Shown: in pieces, positions 47,136 to 55,445 of the stretch
Layout of the letters: every line of letters begins with the position of its first letter
How positions within the stretch are numbered: position 1 is the first letter of the stretch
IMG/VR virus record: IMGVR_UViG_3300025102_000024
Span: 1-61,894 of that record
Direction: 5' to 3' (one strand)
DNA from: a virus
Taxonomy: Duplodnaviria > Caudoviricetes
DNA: 61,894 nt
Notes under the pieces: generated by a model
What the model saw: the letters and a program-made list of their open reading frames with translations, nothing else
What the model was told of the DNA's origin: nothing
Database searches by the model: none
Translations under genes and position numbers: made by a program

Positions 47136-50100
47136 TTATTCTGCGTTAGTCTCTGTCTGATATGCAGTGCTACCTGATTGATCTGCAAATGCCATGTAAA
47201 TATGTGTATTTGATCTATTTGTTTGAGTAGAGGCACTTGTTTCTCCCTCTCTTACTTTAAAACCATCTGATAAAATATCAATACAAGGTTTAGATCCAAA
47301 CTGTCCAAAATCATTGTTAGCATATGACTCAACTTGAGCGTCATCCGAAAATAATACTTCAGCAGAAGCACTTTTATTAAAGGTAGTTCTTGTTGAGTCA
47401 ACAATACACCAGTGTCTGTTGGAAGCATTGTCAGCATTTTTCATCATAATAAATGCAGGTTTAAATCCGAGATGAACATATATTCCATCAGCGTTTTGAT
47501 TTCCTTCATAACTTCCAAATTTTGAATAACCAGGAATTTCCGTCCAACAATAAGCGATATAAGTATCACCACTTCCATTAACACTAGCATGATTTCCTAG
47601 TGAATATACAGATGATGTTGGAGCAGTGTTTGGATATACATCACTATTTGTTGTCTGTGCTTGAGTTGCATTAAGTTTTAGAAATTTCCCTCCGTCTATT
47701 TCTGAATGATAAACTTTCCAATCCTCTGTACCAGTTCTTCTCTTAGTTATAATACACTTAGGAACTTTACCTAATCCATGACCAATAGTTCCAGCACTAC
47801 CAGTGCCACTATAGGAAACGATACTGAATCCAGCCTCTTCATTTACAGATACTGATGTTGTAATAGTTCCATCGTTATTTGTGACTGCTGCACCACCTGC
47901 TTTCCAACACCATGCAAGATAATTATAACTTTGATTCCACCATTCATTACTACTACCACCACCATATTGCCAAGTAAATCCACCCTCATCAAAAGAAGCG
48001 AGGTATCCACCATTTGTATTATTCTCAACAAAATTTTGATCCGAATTTAATCTTTTACTAGGTCCTCTAACTGAGTCCATCCATACATGATGATATCCAT
48101 AATTTCTTGTTTTAGTCCAAACTAAATCAGGTTTAAATTCTAATCCAGATATTTTTCTATTTGAAGAAGAAGAATTACCAGTCCACAGTACAGTACCAAA
48201 ATGTTTTTGTGGTCTTATAATTGATGGAGTAGCACCTACAGGTATATTATTTGAACTAATTTTTTTATAACCAGCTGGTTGTGTATATGTAAAAGGTATT
48301 TGTCCAAAATTAATTTGTGCGTTCATCCAATCGCCACTAGTAGAGAATATAAATGGTGCATAAGTTGTTGTGCTGGCATTAGGTATGGAAGTGTCAGTAA
48401 AAATTGTTACGTTTTTATATTTTCCAATCAGTATTCTATTATCAACATCAAGAAGAAAAGACATCACACCAGCTCCTTCATTTGTTCTACTTGCACCACC
48501 AGTTTGATTGAAAAGTTTATGATAGTGAGAACCAAAATTAGTTTTATTTGTTTGTCCTGCGATTTCACCACCACCCTGATCAAAATCTGAAGTTATTCCT
48601 GAATACAATGCATAAGTTCCACCTGAATTATTAACTTCCCAATACCATTTACCTGATTGAATACCATCTGGTCCGAAACGAACATTTACTTTTTGTAATT
48701 TATAATTACCACCAGATAAATCTAAGTTACCATTTGATAAATCTCCAGATCGTCTACCATTTCCTTCTAAGGGATTAAGAGTAGGAAAATTATTTGTTGG
48801 AACATCTGACAAAACATCACTTGATGTAAAATTATTTGGTGCAAAAGTATTTCCCTGACCTGAAGTATCATCACCTACAGTTCCTGAATATGAAGCAGAA
48901 TATCTTGGAGTGTTACTAATTCTCAGTTCATCCATATAACCTTCAAAGAAGTTTCGATGAGTGCTTCCATAATAATGTTGAGAACCAATCTTAAGTGGTC
49001 CAACTGTACCACTATTAGTGTTATTTGCACCTTCTGATGCCCGATAAAGCACTTGTCCATCGGCACCCACCATCATCGTTCCATCTGCATTTCTCTGAAC
49101 AAACATATGAATCCATTGATTCAAAGGCCAAGATTGAGATGGACTATCACCACTCGAACCAGATTTTCCTCCACCACCTGCATTTCCTTGTATGGCAGTA
49201 TAAGGACTTGGTTGATTACCACCAAATGCAATATATGAACCATTCGCCGCAGGTTGAATATTAACTCCCAAATACTGTTGGTTTGAACTAGATGAGAACA
49301 TCCAACTATAATCTCTAGCAGTTATCCATATCCATCCTTCGTAAGTTTTGTTTGAAGACGCTGTTAATTCACTATACAGAGTACCATTACCACCAACAGT
49401 CAAACTATCATCACTACCGTCAAAAATAATTGAAGAAGTACCAAACTTTGATTGTGCTGTTGAATGTGATATTCCACCTGTTCCACTTACAGAATAACCA
49501 TTACTTGAACTATCTGTAAATGTGGTAGAACCATTTGATTCATTGTTGTTTATGAGTAATGCAGTATCTGAGTCAGTAGTAAACGATGCGGTTGGTACAG
49601 TATATGATCCATCAGTAGAAGTACTTTTAAATTCTAAATGAAATCCGTTTGTATTATAAGATCCTTCATATTTTTTTGGTCTCCATATCCCTGTCTGAAA
49701 ATCAGTATATCCAAAACTTGATGGTGTAAGTTGTAATCCATCAACAAAGTTGATTTCTGCCATATAACCATCAAAAGGTCCACTAATTGAATTAGCTGCT
49801 AATCCAATTCTTGTTGTTGATGCTTGATTAAATCCTGTATCAAAATTTTGAGATGGATTATTGCTAGTTGAAAATGAAGTTTCTTGAACTCCATTTACAT
49901 AAATTTTTATTCTATTATCAGCTGTACTATCTGTAGTATCAACTGCAGTTACAATATGATACCAAGCAGATGTGTCTCTAAAAAGTCTGTTAGTTACTTT
50001 AAAACTAGTACCCCAACCAATACATCTAAATGCATCGTTAATAAAATCTAACTCAAAATTACCTGCATCAGAATTACCAGAATGACAAGCTATTAATCTT

Positions 50101-50285
50101 GCAGCTACTAAATTTGTTCTTTTTACCCATAATGAAATAGTAAAAGTTTTTCTATTACCAGCACTACTAGGTGTTCTATCTAGATAAGCTGTATCAGCAC
50201 GATTAAATCTTAAACTATTCTTTATTACTGATCCACCTAATACACTATCATCAGTTATGATATGTGGTATGAATGCTCTTCCCAT
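47136..50285 (-). CDS. Large lectin-like virion protein (two LamG/ConA-like domains plus SPRY-like domain)
   Basis: FTISLWVKR...WYHIV...YVNG; F.GYMDELRIS; SGKWYWEV; F.PDLVW.K.R and GF.PAFIM.K repeats. Confidence 0.75.
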   Translation of the reverse strand: MGRAFIPHIITDDSVLGGSVIKNSLRFNRADTAYLDRTPSSAGNRKTFTISLWVKRTNLVAARLIACHSGNSDAGNFELDFINDAFRCIGWGTSFKVTNRLFRDTSAWYHIVTAVDTTDSTADNRIKIYVNGVQETSFSTSNNPSQNFDTGFNQASTTRIGLAANSISGPFDGYMAEINFVDGLQLTPSSFGYTDFQTGIWRPKKYEGSYNTNGFHLEFKSTSTDGSYTVPTASFTTDSDTALLINNNESNGSTTFTDSSSNGYSVSGTGGISHSTAQSKFGTSSIIFDGSDDSLTVGGNGTLYSELTASSNKTYEGWIWITARDYSWMFSSSSNQQYLGVNIQPAANGSYIAFGGNQPSPYTAIQGNAGGGGKSGSSGDSPSQSWPLNQWIHMFVQRNADGTMMVGADGQVLYRASEGANNTNSGTVGPLKIGSQHYYGSTHRNFFEGYMDELRISNTPRYSASYSGTVGDDTSGQGNTFAPNNFTSSDVLSDVPTNNFPTLNPLEGNGRRSGDLSNGNLDLSGGNYKLQKVNVRFGPDGIQSGKWYWEVNNSGGTYALYSGITSDFDQGGGEIAGQTNKTNFGSHYHKLFNQTGGASRTNEGAGVMSFLLDVDNRILIGKYKNVTIFTDTSIPNASTTTYAPFIFSTSGDWMNAQINFGQIPFTYTQPAGYKKISSNNIPVGATPSIIRPQKHFGTVLWTGNSSSSNRKISGLEFKPDLVWTKTRNYGYHHVWMDSVRGPSKRLNSDQNFVENNTNGGYLASFDEGGFTWQYGGGSSNEWWNQSYNYLAWCWKAGGAAVTNNDGTITTSVSVNEEAGFSIVSYSGTGSAGTIGHGLGKVPKCIITKRRTGTEDWKVYHSEIDGGKFLKLNATQAQTTNSDVYPNTAPTSSVYSLGNHASVNGSGDTYIAYCWTEIPGYSKFGSYEGNQNADGIYVHLGFKPAFIMMKNADNASNRHWCIVDSTRTTFNKSASAEVLFSDDAQVESYANNDFGQFGSKPCIDILSDGFKVREGETSASTQTNRSNTHIYMAFADQSGSTAYQTETNAE

Positions 50286-50294
50286 TATCTAACC

Positions 50295-50942
50295 TCAACT
50301 AAAGTTTACTGACGCACCTGCAAGTAGTGTCGTTCCTGCCGCTCCTGTCTTATGAACTGTGAATGATATTAAACTGAGAGAACCACTTGCTGTTGGTAAG
50401 TTTGGTGTTCCACCTGAAGGGAATTGGAATGCTGTACTGAATCCAACTGTTGCAACACCAACATTTTCAATTCTGATTTGATGACTATCTGCTTCCGTTC
50501 CACCTGTAACATCTATCGTAACGGTTCCTGTTGCTAATACTTTATGATCGTCTGCACTTGATAATAATAAATGAGTTGTAATGCCTGATGGAGTGATTGC
50601 TTCTGTTTGAATACCAACTGATATACCTGTTAGTGCTGAACCATCTCCTACAAAAGAAGTTGCAGTACATATACCAGTCACACGGAGACCATCTCTAAAT
50701 GTACCAACTCCTAAAGAATCAACATTGGTTACATCTTCATATGTTAATACACCAGCAACACCAAGATTACCAGAGAAAGTACCAGTAGTTGCAGTTAATC
50801 CATTTGGAAAATCTGCTGCACCACCAGATTGACCACTAAAATCTGTTGCAGTACAAACTCCAGTTACTTCCAAACCATTAGTCGCAGTTGGAGCACCGTT
50901 TGCAGTCTTATTCGTTATTGTATTTGCCCTTAATCTTGACAT
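50295..50942 (-). CDS. Tail fibre-like protein
   Basis: MSRLRANTI, LTYEDV; C-terminal FPSGGTP.L...D/L.ISF domain. Confidence 0.65.
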   Translation of the reverse strand: MSRLRANTITNKTANGAPTATNGLEVTGVCTATDFSGQSGGAADFPNGLTATTGTFSGNLGVAGVLTYEDVTNVDSLGVGTFRDGLRVTGICTATSFVGDGSALTGISVGIQTEAITPSGITTHLLLSSADDHKVLATGTVTIDVTGGTEADSHQIRIENVGVATVGFSTAFQFPSGGTPNLPTASGSLSLISFTVHKTGAAGTTLLAGASVNFS

Positions 50943-50961
50943 GGTATATCTTTTTAGTTAT

Positions 50962-52695
50962 TTATGAAGGAGTTCCTATTGCAGTAATAGAAATTATTGG
51001 TCTTCTGAATACATTAATAGCACCAGACGAACCATAGTTTCTTAATAAGTTAATTGCAAACTCATAAGAAGAATTATACTCACTCATTTGAAGTTTAATA
51101 ACTTTGCCACTAGTCCAACTAGCTAATCTACCCACTGAATAATCTGTACTACCACCTATATTAAATACCCATTTAAAAGTATTAAGTTGATCAAAGTAAT
51201 TTGTACCACCCCTTTGTCCAAATCTAGAATGTGTAATTTCCTGACCATCCCATAATAATCTTGCACCTAATATTGCATTACTATCTGTATCAGAAGCAAT
51301 GGCATATTGAAACTCGTAAATAACTTGTACTGCTCCATCTGGGGGTTGATATGTGATTACTGATCCTTGAGCATCATTTAGAGCTGTAGTTAATGCTTGC
51401 CAGTCGGTTGGGTTCTGTACTGTAACCGTACCCTTACTTGTAGTAAAACTTGAACCATCAGCAGGACTAGAGAATTGTTCTAAAACTTGTAGTCCACCTC
51501 CCCCCTTCCAAGATACAGCACCAGATGCACCACCACTTGTTAACACCTGACCTGATGTTCCATAGTTTGCACCAGCAATTCCTAATTGACCTGCACTTCC
51601 AATGCGAAGTCTTTCTGTTCCATTTCCTGTAGTTGCATTTGCAGCAGTATAGAATTTATGTGTATTTACTGCATATGCCCAACCTGTATATCCTCCATAA
51701 TTAATCTCATGACCAGAAGATCCAGATACTCCATATAATTGAGTAACCATCTTTGAAGGATCTGCATAAGTTGGCATCATTATGCGATATTGATTCTCTG
51801 TATTAGCATTTCTGTTTTGTCCATTCTGACCACCACTTGCACCAAGGGTTAGTGTTCCTAGATCTGTTGCACCTTGAGATTGAAGATCCAGACCACCAGC
51901 AGCAGCCCTCACTGTTGAATTTGTTCCTAATGCTCCATTTGATGTGATGCGAACTCTCTCACTACCACCAGTTTCTGCTGTAATTGTATCAGCAGCAGGG
52001 AATCTTATTGCAGTGTTAGTATCTCCAGAGTGAATTATTTTATCAGCAATTGATAAATCTGATCTTGCTGTTATAACACCAACTGAATCTATATTCGTTA
52101 CGTCTTCATATGTTAATGTACCACCAATATTTAAATTACCAGTGAATGTTCCAGCAGTTCCCGTTAAACCATTTGGAAAGTTTGGTGCTCCGTTTGCATT
52201 CTTATTTGTAATACTATCAACACGAATACGACCACTACCACCTGCACCAAGTCCTCCACCATCTGTACCAAGACCTAGAATATCAGGTATTACGTCATCT
52301 CCATCTTCAATTATTAAATCTGCTCCTTCTTCTAATCTTATATCTGCGTATTGTGTATATGCACCTGTTGATGTTGCTGGATGATCAACTGTAACTGTTG
52401 CACCAATACTTAATACTTCATTTGTAAAATATAATTTATTTAACGGACTTGTCTGTGTCGAACTTAATGCTGTTCCAAGTCCAGCAGGAAGATTTGTAAG
52501 ATTAGATCCATCACCAAAAAATGAGGTGGCAGTTATAATACCAGAGGTGTTAACACTTGAATTACCAAATGCAGTATTAATACCTGATAGATTTGCGCCA
52601 CTACCACTAAAACTTGACGCAGTAACGATTCCTGATAGGTTTAGATTACCATCAGAATTACCTACTATTTTATCGGTTGCTCTTGTTAGTGCCAT
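50962..52695 (-). CDS. Tail fibre protein
   Basis: Internal RIRVDSI/ANGAPNFP, LTYEDV, IRFPAADT, ERLRIGSAGQ. Confidence 0.7.
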   Translation of the reverse strand: MALTRATDKIVGNSDGNLNLSGIVTASSFSGSGANLSGINTAFGNSSVNTSGIITATSFFGDGSNLTNLPAGLGTALSSTQTSPLNKLYFTNEVLSIGATVTVDHPATSTGAYTQYADIRLEEGADLIIEDGDDVIPDILGLGTDGGGLGAGGSGRIRVDSITNKNANGAPNFPNGLTGTAGTFTGNLNIGGTLTYEDVTNIDSVGVITARSDLSIADKIIHSGDTNTAIRFPAADTITAETGGSERVRITSNGALGTNSTVRAAAGGLDLQSQGATDLGTLTLGASGGQNGQNRNANTENQYRIMMPTYADPSKMVTQLYGVSGSSGHEINYGGYTGWAYAVNTHKFYTAANATTGNGTERLRIGSAGQLGIAGANYGTSGQVLTSGGASGAVSWKGGGGLQVLEQFSSPADGSSFTTSKGTVTVQNPTDWQALTTALNDAQGSVITYQPPDGAVQVIYEFQYAIASDTDSNAILGARLLWDGQEITHSRFGQRGGTNYFDQLNTFKWVFNIGGSTDYSVGRLASWTSGKVIKLQMSEYNSSYEFAINLLRNYGSSGAINVFRRPIISITAIGTPS

Positions 52696-52703
52696 TTAGT
52701 TAT

Positions 52704-52871
52704 TTAGTCGGCTGCCTCTGCAGTGTTGCCAGCAGACACCCAAGAAAGGTATTCCTGATAATGCCTATTTGCATCATCAATTGGTATGAGTAAAACATTT
52801 CCATTTGAGTCAGTATGTTTTATGGAACATAAGTTTCCTCTCTCATAATCATTTACTAATTTATAAGTCAT
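52704..52871 (-). CDS. 55-aa chaperone-like partner of a CQRY-class fibre (not in ORF track)
   Basis: MTYKLV...IPIDDANRHYQEYLSWVSAGNTAEAAD; paralogue of 16249..16434. Confidence 0.8.
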   Translation of the reverse strand: MTYKLVNDYERGNLCSIKHTDSNGNVLLIPIDDANRHYQEYLSWVSAGNTAEAAD

Positions 52872-52873
52872 AG

Positions 52874-54169
52874 TTAAAGCTCCGCATCGAAATTTAGTTG
52901 GGCACTATCTTGTGAGAAAATTCTTCCAGAAGCACCCGCTGAGAAAGCATCACCACTGCTTCTAGAAAACCACATGTGACCAACTACCTGATTATACTCT
53001 CTACTATGCGACATATTATTACCTGCCAGAGTTATATCTGCACTACCTGATACACCAGCTCTTGCTTCTAACTGATCACCTGAAACACTTATGGTGGGAG
53101 TTGTTCTTAAATCTACCTTCCAATTTGGCATGACTTCAATGACGGTAGAACTATTTCCATTGATAGACATACCTAACATAGATCTATAAGAATATGCACT
53201 AGCAAAAACTTGGTAATATCTCTGACAGGCACGAAACTCATCTGCTAAATGTTTTTGCTCAAACGGAGTGGCTACAGATCCACGCTCTAATTGAACATTT
53301 GCAAAATCAACTGTAAATGCAGCAGTTGATGTATCACCTGCTGGTTGTCTGAATAATTCTATTTCATAAAAACTTGTATGTTTATTACCTGATACTGTTT
53401 TACCAGAGATACTTGGTGGTGTAAAAGTAAATGTTTTCTTTGTCCAAGTATTAGATGCAGTATAATTTGCAATACTTGTATCAACTACAGAAGAACCACC
53501 AGATCCAAAGTCTTGTCTGAATGTAAGATTGAATTGTCCACCACCAGGATTTGATCCTTTTACCCAGAAAGAAAGAGTCATCTCACCTTGACATCTTGTT
53601 ACATCTTCTACTCTCTGTCTCAAAGCAACATTATTATTACCAGTTGAGACATAGTATTTTAAATAATAAAATGGATTATCGGGGACATCAGTTTGGCCAG
53701 GAGAAAATGTTTGTCTAGTAACTCGTTTTGTAGCACCAGAAGATGCATGAAACCAACGATCACAACTTAAATATCCATCAGTAGTATTAGTACCACTATC
53801 AGTGGCTCTCTGCCAAACTAAAAATTGACCATTTATTATAAGATTACGATGAGAAAGTGGTGTATCTGAAACAAATGCAGTTGCAGTTATAATACCTGTG
53901 GTATTCACACTTGTGCCAGATCCAAAAGATGTATCAATACCAGTTAAGTTTGCACCACTGATTGCTGGTAATGTTCCAGTTAAGTTTGCTGCTGGTAATG
54001 AAGTTAAGTTTGCACCACTTCCAGTGAAACTTACTGCAGTTACTATACCCGTGGATTCTAAATTGTGACCCTTTAAATTTTTAGTTCCTAATTCAATATC
54101 AGAAGTAAAAGTTACAGAACTAATACCAGAATCGGATTCTATATTATTAACTACTATCTTACTTGTCAT
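52874..54169 (-). CDS. Tail fibre protein (CQRY class; start moved to 54169)
   Basis: LSHRNLIING, VQLERG.VATPFE...CQRY; ATGA overlap. Confidence 0.7.
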   Translation of the reverse strand: MTSKIVVNNIESDSGISSVTFTSDIELGTKNLKGHNLESTGIVTAVSFTGSGANLTSLPAANLTGTLPAISGANLTGIDTSFGSGTSVNTTGIITATAFVSDTPLSHRNLIINGQFLVWQRATDSGTNTTDGYLSCDRWFHASSGATKRVTRQTFSPGQTDVPDNPFYYLKYYVSTGNNNVALRQRVEDVTRCQGEMTLSFWVKGSNPGGGQFNLTFRQDFGSGGSSVVDTSIANYTASNTWTKKTFTFTPPSISGKTVSGNKHTSFYEIELFRQPAGDTSTAAFTVDFANVQLERGSVATPFEQKHLADEFRACQRYYQVFASAYSYRSMLGMSINGNSSTVIEVMPNWKVDLRTTPTISVSGDQLEARAGVSGSADITLAGNNMSHSREYNQVVGHMWFSRSSGDAFSAGASGRIFSQDSAQLNFDAEL

Positions 54170-54411
54170 ACGATCCTCCAATTACCTTGAACTGTGACAG
54201 AATGCCCTGCACCCACTTTGACAGTGCCAACAGTGAGTCCGTTTGTTCCTGATGGGATAATAACATTTTCATTAATTTCTGTACTGTTTGCTTTGATAAT
54301 TCCAAAACGATCTAACCATTGCTTCTTTCCATTTGCAGTAATTGTTTTATGAAAAGTGACAGAGTTTACACCAACTTTAGATTCAATTGTATTGACAATA
54401 ATCTTGGTCAT
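54166..54411 (-). CDS. Minimal adaptor-like protein (start moved to 54411)
   Basis: MTKIIVNTI plus GTNGLTVGTV...WRIV; paralogue of 54408..54644. Confidence 0.65.
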   Translation of the reverse strand: MTKIIVNTIESKVGVNSVTFHKTITANGKKQWLDRFGIIKANSTEINENVIIPSGTNGLTVGTVKVGAGHSVTVQGNWRIV

Positions 54412-54644
54412 ACAATTGCCCACTCACCATTAACTGTAATCGTATGTCCATCTGCAATGGTTATCGGACCTGATGAAAGACCATTCGTTCCATTTGGAAT
54501 AGTTATATCTTCAGCAATCGTATCACGATTTGCCTTAATGACACCAAATGTATCTAACCATTGATTGTCACCATTTGCTGTAATTGCCTTCTTAAATTCA
54601 GTGGCAACTGCAGAATCTATAATGTTAGCTTTAAGTGTTGACAT
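54408..54644 (-). CDS. Minimal adaptor-like protein
   Basis: MSTLKANII plus GTNGLSSGPI...WAIV. Confidence 0.65.
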   Translation of the reverse strand: MSTLKANIIDSAVATEFKKAITANGDNQWLDTFGVIKANRDTIAEDITIPNGTNGLSSGPITIADGHTITVNGEWAIV

Positions 54645-54651
54645 ATTTTAT

Positions 54652-55437
54652 TTATATTATCAATTTAAAAGCAGAGAAGTAGTTTCCTCTATATCCATTT
54701 GCATCATTACTAAAATAACCTTGTGAATTACCATTAGTGTCAAGCCATCCAAAAAGTTCAATATAATCTCCAGCAGCTAAACTCAACACTCCACCCAAAT
54801 TAACTTGAAAATGTCTTGTTCCAGCAGCATAACTGCTTATAAAACCATACTGAGTAATTTTTGTAGCACCATTCTGTTGTATTCTTGCTATTATTCCTCT
54901 TATATCATTCAGATTAGCATAAAAATTTAATCCTGCATTAACCTGATAGAATCCACCCTTTCCAGATGGAACTGTAAATCTATTCGCAGTGGTTCCAGAG
55001 GTAGAGTTATCATAAGCACTGTCTGTGTCAAAAGTTTCAGAGTTTAAAAACTCAACTTTAGTAAATGTTGCATCGGCTATTGAGTGACTCGTAACATTAT
55101 TACTCCAAGCATGAAATGCTGGTGTATTTGTTGGTGTCTTTGAGAAAGTAGTTGCTTCATATGATGTTGCAGTTATAATTCCAGTAGTATTAATTGAAGG
55201 GTTGCCACTTAAACCTGTTGCATCTCCTGTGACATTACCAGTGACATTACCAGTGACATTACCAGTAACATTACCAGTAACATTACCAGTAACAGCACCT
55301 TCAATCGGACCTACAAAACTACCAGCAGTGACTGAATTACCAACAGAAATATTATTTGTGACACTCGCAATTCCAGCAATGGTTATTGTAGAACCACCAC
55401 CGACTGGATTAATTTTATTGACGTTTAGTATACTCAT
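54652..55437 (-). CDS. Tail fibre protein with C1q-like tip
   Basis: GNVT repeats; PAF...FDT...FTVP...G.Y....GDYIELF. Confidence 0.7.
   Translation of the reverse strand: MSILNVNKINPVGGGSTITIAGIASVTNNISVGNSVTAGSFVGPIEGAVTGNVTGNVTGNVTGNVTGNVTGDATGLSGNPSINTTGIITATSYEATTFSKTPTNTPAFHAWSNNVTSHSIADATFTKVEFLNSETFDTDSAYDNSTSGTTANRFTVPSGKGGFYQVNAGLNFYANLNDIRGIIARIQQNGATKITQYGFISSYAAGTRHFQVNLGGVLSLAAGDYIELFGWLDTNGNSQGYFSNDANGYRGNYFSAFKLII
55229..55288. repeat. 12-bp tandem repeat x5 encoding GNVT
   Basis: GTGACATTACCA x3 then GTAACATTACCA x2. Confidence 0.95.
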
Positions 55438-55445
55438 TTTTTTTA

